NCBI RefSeq assembly: GCF_036971445.1
Contig: NC_091478.1
Span: forward strand, 88,474,001 to 88,538,000
Source: Narcine bancroftii
Lineage: Eukaryota
Length of the DNA stretch: 64,000 nt
Direction: 5' to 3'
The notes under the pieces were generated by a model. It was not told where the DNA came from. It searched no databases and saw only the letters and a list, made by a program, of their open reading frames with translations. Shown piece after piece: positions 27,484 to 40,855 of the stretch (positions within the stretch are counted from its first letter, which is position 1; every line of letters starts with the position of its first letter). The position numbers and the translations under genes were made by a program.

Positions 27484-27873
27484 TAGACAGATTTGTCTCA
27501 AGGCAAATAGTAGCATCCTGGTGGATGTGGAAAATGAACAATGTTGATCACCCAAGAGTGTGTTTGTATTTCACTGTAAAATGTATTCTTTGAATGGCTT
27601 TTGAAATCATCTTTCTGCTAGGTGCTCACATGCCTTTGAGAATCTGCCTGCACTAATTCTTCATGAAAGCATGTTTTGTGGAATTCCGCCTTTGGTTACT
27701 ATATGGAGGTATTGGTGTATGTGGATTTGTGATACAAAATCTTTCCATGTAACTAATGTGGTCAAACCCTTCTTTCTCCAGAGGAGATAACTGTTGGTGA
27801 CACCAAATTTTGTGGAATAAAATCTCACTATAACATTAACAGAGAAAAAAACAAATTTAAAAAAAGGGGAAGG

Positions 27874-28106
27874 TGATGTGCTATCAATAACTCCGACAAG
27901 TAGAAGTTACCTGACTGATAGGCTTTTATTACCATAAACAGACAGCACGACTCATGTTGTTGACATGAGACCCGAGCTTGTTCTGAGGGAGGGATTATGG
28001 CATTGCTGCCTTTATTAGGGGAATCAAGGGGGAGGAGCCACAGGTACAATCAGCAAGGGGTGTACCAACCATACATATACCAACAGTATTAAGTGGTTCA
28101 ACCACA
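27874..28106 (-). mobile_element. Short solo LTR related to the LTR at 39878-40098
   Basis: TG..CA ends; TGATGTGCTATCAATAACTC is the reverse-complement homologue of GAGTAATTGATGGTGCATCA; minus-strand AATAAAAGCC. Confidence 0.6.
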
Positions 28107-29982
28107 TTAGGTAATGAAGAAATTGTTTCCAAATTATTTAATAAATCTTTGAGGGTTTTTTTTTAAACTAACCTATACACAGGTCTGCATTGGTGTCTTT
28201 GTGTTAAGATGTAATGACAAACATATAAAGCATGCAACATCACAGATTGAAATTTCACTTTCAGGTCATTTTTTTACAGTCTAGTCAAATGCTCACCTTT
28301 TATCACCAGAAGTCAGATCCAAAGTCCCAAGCCATGGTCAGAATCATACCATAATGGAGACACAATTGTGTCAATGCAGTACAGCAAGTGGTTTAGAATT
28401 GGGAGACTTTCTGGCGTGAAACACTATTTAGTGTTACTCTAATCAATGTAATTTTCAATCCAACAAAAAGTGGATTAAAAATATTCAGAGCAACATTGTT
28501 CAAAATATTTGTAGTTCAGAATATTTACTTTGTGCTTAATTCATAAACAAAGCTCTACATTTGTATTTAGTTCAGTTTCATAGCACATCAGTATCTTACG
28601 TTAGTGCACACTCTAGTGGAAGCTTTTTGTGATTTCAACCTCTGAAACAAAATATCTTTGGTAATACAGTTTCACTGTATAGTTTATGATATAATATTTA
28701 CAGAAGGGAAATAATAGTTCAGTAAAATCCCCATTAACCAGCCACTATGGCGATCACAAACGCTGGATATGCAAATTTTCTGATTGACTGAGACACACTG
28801 CCTAACTAATATATCTGCATTAAAAATACACCATTTAAAAGACAAGACAGTGCAAAATATAATTTGAAAAAAAACATATCAATATTGTAGTCTTTAATTA
28901 CGACATGTAAAATTCATTTTAATCAGGTAATTCCTATAACTTACAAAATTTAAATTCAAACCCCAGACTGTAACAGTGTATTGGCCTCTACGCTAACCAT
29001 GCCGTCATAATTAACCCCGCTCCCCCAAGTTTACGATAAAGCCTTACTAATATACTTGATACTAATAAAAATAATGACTCTTACAAGGCAGGGATGGGGA
29101 GATAATTTGGGAGAGTCTCTCCAGTGGCAAGCAGCATCAGCCAGCTCTTTATCCTGGATGCTGCCATTTCATTTCAATACAACTTTATTGAAACCCCCCC
29201 ATCCCGATGACTCTGACTTAAGAGTCCTGGTTAGGCCCTAGGCACACCTTCCTCATGCTGACAACCAAGTGGCGACAGCAAAAGAGATGTGCATGTATTG
29301 AGGAGCATTGTTAGTTTAGTGGGGCAGCACTCCACCATGAGGTCTATGTGAACAGTCTTATTTATTTGAATTGTATTTATTCATCTATTTCCTCAAGTTT
29401 CTTACTAGTTTTTTAAATTCCCAAAATATTTATTAAACATAAGGTGGAGATATTGAAATTGGACAAACAGTCCTGAGACCTAGAGTAATGATTCTGATTA
29501 CATAATCCAACCGGTTAGCTGGGAAATCGAAATGAAAATTTTCATTGGAAATGATGACCATGACCTTTCTGGATTTTTGTGCTGTTCAAAAGTTTCTCCT
29601 TCTTACTATATGGTTTAATAATGTCCATTAGAAAATGAGGAACCTGCCATCCTTCCAATATGATACTTAGAGTTGACTCAACTTCCCTTTGAAATCATCA
29701 GTTAGCAGATCCATTGTTTCAAAACTCAATGGGAAACATTAATGTCAATAAAAGCAGACAGACCAACTAGCTAGACCTCGCTTGTGTTGACAAAATGGCA
29801 CAGGGAGAACTATTTATTGACTTTGGGCTCCATAATGTAATAGCAGGTAGTGAAGAAACCACCTACTGTTCTCACTCAAATTATGAATCATGATTCCTCC
29901 AAAATAAACCTCTCCCAGAAAAGCACAGTGGGGCATTCCAATAACCAACATGGACTTGCCTCCTAAGTACCACCTTGTAGGT

Positions 29983-30654
29983 TACACATGTCAAACTCAG
30001 GCCTGCGGGCCAAATTTGGCCTGTGATATAATTATATTTGGCCCACAAGATCATATCAAATATGTATTAGAGCTGGCCCGCTGGCCGCCGCGCCAGTATA
30101 GCGCATGCACAGCTAATACTACAAATCCCAGGATGCTTTGCAAATGTGTTGGCGTCAGCCCGCTAATCGCCCCCACCTCCTCTCTTTACTTTCATTAACA
30201 TCTGCGACCTGTCACCTAACTCACATGTAATAAACCCCTTACGAAAAATGGCCAAACGAAAGACAGAAAACAGGACCTTTCAAGACAGGTGGGAGGCAGA
30301 CGATATGTTCATCATTTTAAAAGACAAAGCTGTTTGTCATTGAAACAAGTTGTTATTTTTGTGACTTGTTGGCTTGTAAAAAAAAATACATTTAAAAGGA
30401 GCTTAAAGGCTATAGAGAAATATTATTTATTGAATATTTTATTTCTCATTTGTTAATGCTTCTTCTGGAAAGAGTTTAACCAAAACTATTATTAAACATT
30501 TATTTTAATAAGAAAAAGTTTAACATTACATATTGTGAAAGAAGAGAAAACATGCAGATGTTGTTGAAAATTTTCAATAAATATTTAGTTTGGCCCACGA
30601 CTTAGTCCAAGTTTTTAATTTTGGCCCTCTGTGAATTTGAGTTTGACACCCCTG
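29983..30654 (+). mobile_element. hAT (Buster/Charlie group) internal-deletion derivative
   Basis: TIRs ..TGTCAAACTC and GAGTTTGACACCCCTG; 8-bp TSD 6/8 (TTGTAGGT/TTGGAAGT); transposase start MAKRKTENRTFQDRWEADDMFIILKDKAVC at 30248. Confidence 0.8.
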
Positions 30655-30987
30655 TTGGAAGTCAATTCTAAAAGGACCAAGCTACTAGTAGTAAATGTTA
30701 AGAAAGTCAACCTAAAAAAAATGTTTGATTTTATCCTCTTCAATCTACCTGCCACAGGTGCAACTGCCTGACAATTTTGATTAGAGTAGTCATTGCACAA
30801 GCTTTGTTGATAAAAGGTACAGTAAAGATCCATTTGCACATTGTGAAATACAACATAGCTAAACGGGATAGATTCTGAGCACATCTGACCACTCAAAACA
30901 AGGTATTCATGAGGTGCACTAGGCAACTCTTCAGGCAAAAACAAAAGAAAAATATTTTCATTGCTAAATAGCTCGACAGTTTAGCTA

Positions 30988-31810
30988 TATCAGAATCAGA
31001 ATTTATTGTCATGAACAAGTCATGAAATTCGTTGTTTTGCGGCAGCGTCATAGAGCAAACATTCATATTATAACCAACTTTCAACATTACTATAAAAAAT
31101 AATAGTGCACGAAAAGTAAGGCAGTGTCTTTGGTTCATTGATTATTCAGGAATCTGATGGCAGCAGGGATGAAGCTGTCCTTGTGCCACTGAGAGCTTGT
31201 CTTTAGGCTCCTGTGCCTTTTTCCTGATGGTAGCAGAGTGAAGAGGGCATGCCTGGTTGGTGGGGGTCTTTGAGGATAGAGGGTGCTTTTTTAACACTGC
31301 CTCATGTAGATGTCCTCAATGTCACAGGCTGAGTTAACAACCCTCTGGAGTTTATTCTTGACCTGAGAGTTGGTGCCTCCATATCAGAGAGTGATGCAAC
31401 CAGCTAGAATGCTCTTCATGGTAAACCTATTGAAGTTTACGAGAGTCTTTGGTAACATACCAAATCTCTTCAGACACATCACCAAGTGTAGCTGCTGGCA
31501 AGCCTTCTTTGTGATTGCATCAACATGGAGGCTCCAGAACAGATCCTCGGACATGTTGACATCCAGGAATTTTAAGTTCTTGACCCTCTTCACTAATGAG
31601 CCCTCGATGAGAACTGGGTCATGTTCCTATGACTTCCTCCTGAAGTTCACAATCATCTCCTTGGTTTTGCTGACATTAAGCACGGTTGTTGTCATTACAC
31701 CATTCAATGAGCTGATCTATCTCCTTCCTGTATGCTTCCTCAATGCTGTTTGTTATTCTCCCAACAACTGTCGAGTCATCGGAAAACTTGGAGATAGAAT
31801 TGGAATTGTA
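30988..31810 (-). mobile_element. Rex1/Babar-type LINE 3' fragment
   Basis: ORF 31384-31593 RVKNLKFLDVNMSEDLFWSLHVDAITKKA; TCAGAATCAGAATTTATT tail at the left end. Confidence 0.85.
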
Positions 31811-34335
31811 CCTGTTATAAATGGTGGTGAGGATAATTGGGAAGTGTAATTTGCAGGAAAATCCCCATGTTCAATGATAAAGTGCAATTTGTGAAAATAT
31901 AGCTTTAACTTTTGTAATCACCTTCTGCCAAAAACATTTATTTATTGGATTCCTCTCAAAAATTCACCATCACAGAATACAGGCTTAATTCAACTTAATT
32001 TATTCATTTATAAGGTTGAAAACATTGGGCAGTGTAACAATCTGAACAAATTATTCTTTGCAACTACGTATGCCACTGCACAGCTAAAACAACTGGTAGT
32101 TATTAATATGTCGTGTGAATGTACCACATCTGGTTTTCTGAGCACATAAATTTTGAAGAAATTAAAAACATAATGTAAAAACTACACTAAAATGTAAATC
32201 ATTTGCAAACCTGGTACTTCACTGGTGCCTGACTTGCAGAGTTTCTAGCCTATGTAATGATTTATAAAAACAGGCATCAAAGTTTGTTCATGTCAAAATG
32301 ATAAGTTGGAAATTAAGTTGCCATGAGGATGTAAGGCGAGCTACAAAGAGATATCAGTGTATTAAATGAGAGGGTAAAGAATGATTTGCGATATAGGCTA
32401 ATGTGAAAAACAAATTGGCAAAAAATTAAAAATATAAATACTGTAAACAATAAATACTGTATATTAAATACTGTATATTATTTAAATAGTGAGATAAGGA
32501 CTCAGTTGCAGAGGGATCTTTGTGTCAGAAAGCTTGTATATAGATTTAGCAAGTACAGTTAACAGCTTCACTTATAAAGGACAACGCTTGCAGAATTTTG
32601 AACGGCACTAATGAAGATTAAGATTTTGTGAGCCATCTATATTTTTGATACGTTTCAGTCAATTCATACGCTTGGGAACAAGACTAGAAAAGTCAGTCCA
32701 ACTGAAGGTCAATATGGCCAGAGAATTTAACATGTATCATATCAATTAAATGTGATTGTTGCTCTTTTGAGTTTGGATATTTAAATTGGCCAAAGTTTGT
32801 GGCTTATCCTCTATTATTATATTCAGTTTTCCAGTTAAATTGTATTAGTTTTTGTAAGAAACAAAGAAATGCAGTGGGATGGAGACACAAAATGGTGCTG
32901 GAATCTAGAGCAAAAAATAAATTACTGGAGGAACTCAGCAGCTCAAGCAGTACTGGTGGAGGCAAAGAGATGGATGATGTTTCAGGTCAATACCGCGCAA
33001 CAGGACTGAGAGTGTGGAGGGTAGATAACGAGTACATACAGGTAAGAAGGAGGTCTGAGATAAAGGGTGGAAGGTGATGAGAGGATCATGGGCAGGTGAG
33101 GGAGGGGGATGGAATTTTTGTTCTTTTTCTCTTCTGCTCTTCAATGATTAATGACACCCCTTGGTCATTGTTTCCAGTTTTCACATGTTCAAGTCATGAT
33201 TCAAATTTTAGTTTCAAGCAGAAGATCACAATTTTTCTCCGAGAAATTCAAGCCAAGCCAAGCCAAAACCTGTGTGTCAGGGAAAAGCAGTTGAATGTGC
33301 AAATTTAAAGTTTTCACCAACTACTCTTGCTGAAAATATGCTAATCATGTCACACTCTGTTCCGTGAGGTCAAGGTGAATTTGCATGGCATACTAATTCT
33401 AATTACTGCCTAACAACCTTTCTCACCCTGATATTATATGCAAATCACAATTTCATTCAGACAAATTTAATTTTATGATAACAGCTTTGCACATTTTAGC
33501 ACTTTGTTGGAAAATGTTTAAAAAGTAATTAAAATGTATGCTTTATCCTTCCTGTTTGCCGCATCTGAATATACATTAATGTGATTTGCCGTTCATCCAG
33601 CTCAATAACATTACAGCTGCTGGATGACAGGGACGTCTTTGAAATGAAGCCCAAGAGCTCGCAAGGTTGGAAAATGGAAGCTGGTAGCACAGAGATAGCT
33701 AGGAGTTTGATGACAGTTTTCCTGAAATTAGCAGCAAGTGACATAGATTGCAGGATGCAGGGCTTCATGTTTCTGTATAACTTTATTGGTACCATGGTTT
33801 AGATGTAATATGTCATCATTTCCATTTCTTGACCTACCTGGAATTAGCACTTGCTGTTTCTCAATCAATTCAAGATCGTGAGATTTTTTTTGGAGCAAGT
33901 TTGTATTTTCCAATGAAACAGAACGTGTCCTTTAAAAAATGGAAGCACTTGCAATGCAGCAGGATAGGGAACACTGTGGGTATGAAAACAGAGTTCACTT
34001 TACAAGTTAAAGAATCTTCATCAGAATGTAGAATATTTCAACACTTTCTGTTTTTATTTCATGTTTCCACTTCCTGATTTTTTTTCTCTCTCATTTACTG
34101 TGTCCTTCAAATGTTAAAGCTGGCTTTAAAAATTTCAAGAGAGATTTTAATTGATTTTTGTAAAGGTTTTGGCAGTTTACCTAGTTATCTGTGGGATGGA
34201 AGTTATGAATTCCTGTGTTGATTAACAATAGAATAATACTTTTCTCTTGTCACTTTTCTGTTGTTATGAATGGGAAAAGCATTAAACACAAAATAACAAT
34301 GGAGATGAGAACCGGAAGATATTTCTCACAGTCCA

Positions 34336-34587
34336 TTTGCACATTTTAGCACTTTGTTGGAAAATGTTTAAAAAGTAATTAAAATGTATGCTTTATCCTT
34401 CCTGTTTACTGCATCTGAATATACATTAATGTGATTTGCCGTTCATCCAGCTCAAGGTTGTTAGGCAGTAATTAGAATTAGTATGCCATGCAAATTCACC
34501 TTGACCTCACGGAACAGAGTGTGACATGGTTAGCATATTTTCAGCAAGAGTAGTTGGTGAAAACTTTAAATTTGCACATTCAACTGC
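34336..34587. repeat. Local duplication: direct copy of 33486-33605 fused to inverted copy of 33287-33420
   Basis: By-eye alignment: 2 mismatches in the 120-bp direct part, 1 in the 134-bp inverted part. Confidence 0.92.
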
Positions 34588-35189
34588 AGTCAATCCACAC
34601 AATTGTAAGGCATTGTGATTTAATCGATTTTCCTTTTTGTTCATTTCTGTTTATATTTTGAAATGTTTATGTTCAAATAATTGGTGATAAATGTCACCAA
34701 AGGAAGTAACTGAATAACGATTCAACCTAAATTGTCTGATGGAGTTGAACTAACATCGGTAAAGACAGTCATTATCACAGTAAGCTTAACAATTCAGCTG
34801 TGCATGTTAATTCAGCCTCCACTTGGCTGCTCATGTAATTGCTATTAGCTGGGTTCCAAATCTGCACACATTGTTCAAAGGGTAAAGAGCACTTCAGATA
34901 TGAAGAGAAAGATCTGAAATTGTGGCTCATTGTTACCTGGAGTGCAGTGCAGGTCAGCTCCCAACCAAATTGCAGAGAGCAAGAGGTTTTAGCCATTATA
35001 AACCTGGATCTAAGTTGAATTTTTAATCAGCACACACCTTGAATACATTTTACAATAGAACCAATGACCCTAAGTCAGGCCAGCATTAGGCAGCTCAAAA
35101 AGGGACAGAATCAAGTTTTGACTAGCTAAACTTCTATTCATCCCCTTGATTCCGTGAAAATACTCCTCACAAATTCCAATGGGAGTGCC

Positions 35190-36610
35190 ATAAGAACAGA
35201 AAAATAGGAGCAGGTGTCAGCCATCGGGTCCATTGAGCCAACTCAACCATTTCATAAGATCATGGCTGATCTGGCTGGGGACTACCTGTCTTTTCCCCAT
35301 TACTCTTAATGTAAAAATCTGTCTGTCTTAAATATATTTAATGAGGTCGCTTCCATTGCTTCTTTGGGCAGAGAATTCCACAGATGCAATACTCTCTGGG
35401 AAAAGCAGTTCCTCTTATTTTATATCTACCCCAAATCTTGAGGTTGTGGACCCTAGTTCTAGTCTCAGTAGCCAAGGAAAACAATATTCCTGCTTCTATC
35501 TTGTCTATCACTTTCACAGTTTTGTTTCTGTAAGATTCCCTCTCATTTTTTTCTGAAATCCTCTGAGTATAGTCACAGACAACTCAATCTCTCCTCATAG
35601 GTGAACCCTCATCTACATTGCCTCCAAAGCCAGTAAGGAGACCAGAACTGCATGCAGGACAGTACTCTAGATGGGGCCTCACCAGTACCCAATAGGGTGC
35701 AGCAGAACCTCCCTGCTCTTAAATTCAATTCTGCCATCAGTGGCCATTTTGATTAGCTGTTTCACCTGCAAACCAACCTTTTATGATTCATTCATAAACA
35801 TTCCCAAGTTCCACTTCATGCTGCAATCTTTTGCCATTTAAATAATAATCTGATCTTCACTTTTTTCCTTCCAAAGTAGATGACCTCACATTTATCAACA
35901 TTATGCTCCCTCTGTCAGACCCTTGCCCACTCACTTAACCTATCTATATCTCTCTGTACATTCTCCACATCCTCTGCATAATTTGCTTTTCCACTCAATT
36001 TAATGACATCAGCAAACATGGATATGCTACATTTAATCTTATCTTCCAAAACATTTATATTGTGAACAGTAGTGGAATGCTTTGGCACTCTACTCACCAC
36101 ATACTGCTAATTAGAGAAACATCCATTTATCCCAGGTAAAACATTTTCTGTTTTTATTTCACGTTTCCACTTCCTGTTTTTTTTTTTCATTTACTGTGTC
36201 CATCAAATGTTAAGGCTGGCTTTAAGAATTTCAAGAGAGCTTTTAATTGATTTATCCCAAATCTCTGACCCAAGTCCATGTAACCTTATCTTGAGGATAA
36301 GTCTTTTATGCGGCACCTCAATCAAACACTTAATCCAACCACACATTCACATTCCCTTCTATCCACTGTGTTCATTGAACTCTAGTAATTTCATTAAACA
36401 TAACCTGTTCTTCCTGAATCTATGCTCTGCCTGTCTGATGGAACAACTTCTATCCAGATGTCTCAATGATACCATCAAACATTTTTATGTTGGCATATGT
36501 TAAAATAACTGGCTTTCCGCTAACATCAATTTATAAGCAGTGGTATAACATTCACTGCCTTCCAATCTGCCAGAGATTTTTGGTAAATTGTCATAAATGC
36601 CTTCATTTCA
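35190..36610 (-). mobile_element. CR1-type LINE fragments
   Basis: ORF 35915-36100 ISMFADVIKLSGK..QRDIDRLSEWARV. Confidence 0.8.
36140..36253 (+). repeat. Dispersed copy of 34040-34157 inserted in the CR1
   Basis: ~115 bp, roughly 90% identical by eye; ATTTATCCCA duplicated at 36125-36134 and 36250-36259. Confidence 0.85.
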
Positions 36611-36839
36611 TCTGCCATTTATCACTATACAATTAACTTCTGCACTCAGAAGAGCAACTTCTTAAAAGGTGAAGTTGTAAAGCAATTTAAAGATTCAACT
36701 TGAGTGAATTCAACTAAGACTTGGAAATAATTGGGAAAATAGGCATATTCCCTTCAATGGCCACAAATCTATCACATGATCAGTCCCTTAGGATATCCAA
36801 TGGAGGTTGAAAATGCGCAGAGCAGTGTAGTATCAATTG

Positions 36840-39800
36840 TGTGGTGTCATGTGGCCTCTCCATCAGGAACCTGGTCTGAATGTGAATTGTGGAAGGACAC
36901 ATGACCTCTCCAGCTGGAGCCTAGTCAGAAGTCACCTCACCTGCCAATCGAGGGTTAGATCTGCGCACCTGTGAGGATGATGCATGATTGATCCTTGCAG
37001 TTGACATGTGATTGGTACACTAGGTGCCAATCAGTGGTTAAATCTTTCCACAGTTAAGGTTGACACACAATTGGTCCTCGAAAGTCACATAGATGGGTCC
37101 TTCATTGAAAAAGCAGCCCGTGCAGTCTCTGGCTTTTTCTCTTTGTTTGCTTTTGCTTTCAAACCGTCCCTGAAGTCCAGGCTGCAGGCACCTCCAGAGG
37201 GCCAACTGCTATGGGCCTGTGAACAAGTTAAACCTTCGTTTCTCGGTATACTATACCTGTGCGCTGTGTAAGTTAGTCTGTCAGTGCGTGCCCTTTTGTG
37301 AATTCCCTTGTCTAAATAAAGACCACTGTTTGTCCACTGTATGCCTCAACGTACCAGGAAGCCATGGACATTCTCAAGGGATACTAGCTGTGTAAAATCA
37401 ATGTTGTGTACGCCACGCACCTCCCAGTGACTCAAAAATAATGATCTAGTGAGCCCAATGCCGAATATCTTTGGCCCCTGCGAGCACTTGCCAGGGCCTG
37501 TGAATGCAAGGCCATGTCCGCCATGGAGTACACAGATGACCGGGATGCCTACGTCATGGTGATCAGGCCAAACTACGTTTGACAGAGGCACCTGGAGCAA
37601 GGAGAGCTCAGTCTGCAGAGAGCAGTTGAGCTGGAAGTTATGCTGGAGGTGGCTTTCCAGAACATGGAGGTTTACTTGTCCAACAACATGGCTGCCTCGT
37701 GGTTACCCCAGGCGCTGCTAACTTGGGATGCACCACCACCCCCTCTCTCCACGACCACCTCCCACCACATTCGTCCAGCTCCGTTAGCAACCTGACCATA
37801 GCCATGGTGCTAAGAGAGTCCCAAAATGCTACTTCTGTGGCCTGGGAAAGTATCAAAGGAAATGCTGCCCAGCAAAGGATTCAATTTGCTCCTGCTGTGG
37901 GAAGATGGGCCATTATGTGTATAAGTCCAAACCCCTTCCCAGCAGTGCTGCATGCAGATTGTGCGGGCTGCCGTCCCAGACACAGTCATCACCCAGAGCC
38001 ATCTTGGGCGCCATCTTCAGGACCCAGCAGGGCTGTGTCTGGGTCATGGAGGCCGCCATCTTGAGTGCCATCTTGGGGACGCAGCAGGGCCGTGTACAGA
38101 CTGTGGTAGCCGCTATTTTGGACACCGCCGCCGCCCACACAATGACGTGCAGCGACCTGAAACTGGCCTTCCTCACACTCAACCAGGACAGCCCACATCA
38201 ACTCATCAGGTCAATGATGGAAATTCAGGTATACAGCCATATGAGGAGTTGCTTATTTGATATTTGAAGTGGACATCCAGGGCCTCTGTGTAGTGACTCT
38301 AACGGTGCGGGGTTTTGAATATAAAGATTTGCTCTGCTATACTGTTGGGACTTTCAGTGTCATCTTAAAAGTGTGACAATAGAGTTCCATGGGCCCCATC
38401 CGCCCCTCACTGTATGTAATCGACAATTTTCAAACCGGCAACCCTACCACTTACTACACACGACTTGTGGACATTCCACACGCAAAATTGCCTCCGTCGC
38501 TATTCACCAACCTCACTCCCAACTGTAAACTTGTTGCCATCAAAAGTAGGTGGTACAGTGGCGGCGACAGGGCCTTCATCTGGGCAGAGGTACAGGATGG
38601 GGGTCATTGAGGCCAGCACTAGCCCCTGAAGAATGCAGGTAGTAGAAGAATGGAATGGGGAAAAGAATAGGATGGCCATCGACTACAGTCAGACCATCAA
38701 CAGATAAACACGATTGGATGCAACCCCCTTCCACGCATCGTCGATATGACCAGCGAAATTGCTCAGTATTGGGTCTTTTCAACCATTGACCTGAAATCGG
38801 CATATCATTAAATCCCTACCTAGTGGACCTCCAGAATATGGCATTCGAGGCAGATGGCTGCCTCTCCACTTCCTGTGGGTCCCCTTTGGTGTCACGAATG
38901 GTGTATTGGTCTTCCAGTAGGAGATGGACCTGATGGTGGATCAGTACAAATTGTGGGCTACCTTCCTGAAACTGCAGGACCATGACACCCATTTCCCATT
39001 TGCCATCCCCTGCTCTGACATGACTTCTTCCAATCATCAAGGCCCTGCACAACCTCTTCACTCTTTTTGGCTTTCCCAGTTATATCCACAGTGACTGGGG
39101 GCCATCTTTTATGAGTGATGAGCTGAGCTAGTACCTGTTGGCCAGAGGCATTTCCATGAGCAGGACCACGATTTACCATCCCCAGGGTAACAGGAAATTG
39201 GAGAGGGAAAACGCTATGGTTTAGAAGAAAGTCCCTCTAACATTGCGTAGTCTCCCAATGGCAAGAGGTCCTCCCGGAGGCACTCCACTCCATCAGGTCC
39301 CTGCTATGTATGGCCACAAATGCTACACTGCCTGAACGTTATGTTCTCCTTTCCCAATCTGCGACTCAGACCACATTACCAACATTGCTGATGTCCAGAG
39401 AGCCCATCCTACTCTGGAAGCATGCGAGGAGACATAAATCTTAAACCCCCCCCCTACCCCGGTTGAAAGAGTCCACCTCCTCCATGCCAACCTCCAATAT
39501 CCCTACATGGCATACCTGGACAGATACGAAGACACTGTGTCTGTCAGGGACTTGGCTCCCTAAGGGGCCCTGGAGACCACAGCTGTTCTCCCTATGTTCC
39601 CCTCAGAATGGAACACATATGGGACCTGACCCCTGGTACTCTGCTTCTGTCCTGAGGGCAGTTACACTGGACTCATTGGTGCCTACCCACCAGCAGAACA
39701 CTGATGAGTATGTATAGGCACCCAAGACTGTCCAGGACCCACTGTGGCACTGCAGCCACAACTAGTCCCAGCGAACAACCAGACCACCTGACAGACTGAA

Positions 39801-40098
39801 CTTGTGACAAGAATTGTAATCTTTTAAGTCCCACTTCACCCCGCTGAACTCTTTTTTTAAAAAACCAAGGGATGAATGTGGTAATCCATTGTTATGTATA
39901 ATTGTCTGGTCAGGCACACCTATTGGCTGGTTATACCTGTGACCCCGCCCCACAGGCTCCTGTATAAAGGTGACAGTTTCGCAGCCCCTTGCCGCTCAGT
40001 GCAGAACAACCAAACAGTCCGGATGTGCTTGTGTTCTTAAGTGAATAAAAGCCTATTGGTTCCACGACAATAGTCTTTCGAGTAATTGATGGTGCATC
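36840..40098 (+). mobile_element. Degenerate Gypsy LTR retrotransposon (gag/pol relics, PPT, 3' LTR 39878-40098)
   Basis: CSCCGKMGH knuckle near 37890; RT motifs RMAIDYSQTINR, VFSTIDLKSAYH and PFGVTNG; integrase relic near 39170; purine tract followed by a TG..CA LTR with TATAAA and AATAAA. Confidence 0.8.
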
Positions 40099-40322
40099 AT
40101 CCATCCCATCCGCCATCAGAATCCTGAATGGGCCTGTCTTTCTTTTTATCTCGCACAATTTTTATTTATTTGGTAAGGTGGTTTATGTAAATATTTGCAC
40201 CGTGATGCTGCCACAAAACAACGAATTTCATGATGTGTCCCTAACAATAAATTCTGATTCTGGATGTTTCATGTGGGGTTGAGTCCTCTGTATTAACACA
40301 CTGTTATTTCAGGCAACAGCAC

Positions 40323-40557
40323 TGTGGTGATATGTTTCCTCCACTGTATATAGTTACTGTTGGCTACTGTATATATGGAGCTGGCCAGCCCATGGATGAC
40401 TCCTACCCTATGACTGTTGTCCTGGGGCATAAAGGTCGAGTCACCTCTCCCTTCCCACCATTCCTATACCTGGATCTGGGCCAGCAAGGTTTTTCCATAC
40501 AAATAAAGCCTATGGTTCCCTCTGCCTAGTCTTGGTGGTTACTGGTAGTGCACTACG
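40323..40557 (+). mobile_element. Short solo LTR immediately upstream of the POP4 promoter
   Basis: TGTGGTG start, CATAAAGG box, AATAAAGCC; layout like the LTR at 39878-40098. Confidence 0.55.
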
Positions 40558-40855
40558 TACCCAGAGTAGACAATACTTATGATTTTTTTTTCATTTTCAC
40601 CATTGCAGTGGAGGGGGATGGAGTTTATACTGATTGAAGTTTTATATGTATAAAATATATATCCAGACACACATATGTGATGCTGTATTTTCAGTTTCAT
40701 TCCTTTTTCTTCATTGTATTGTATTTCCCATAAAAATGATTGAAAAGGAAAGAAGAACCGTACCCTGGAATTACTTAGACAGCCCGATATTGGTGGACAG
40801 TCCGATCCTTCTAGCAGGGCGAGTGGCTGCGCTGAGACATTGGCCGTGTCCCCTC

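Noticed and set aside
33529-33913. Overlapping ORFs on both strands
   Set aside because: No identifiable product, and part of the region is the donor of a local duplication.
37990-38135. Repeated GCCATCTT (YY1-like) motifs
   Set aside because: Internal low-copy repeat in the Gypsy gag region; no evidence of host function.
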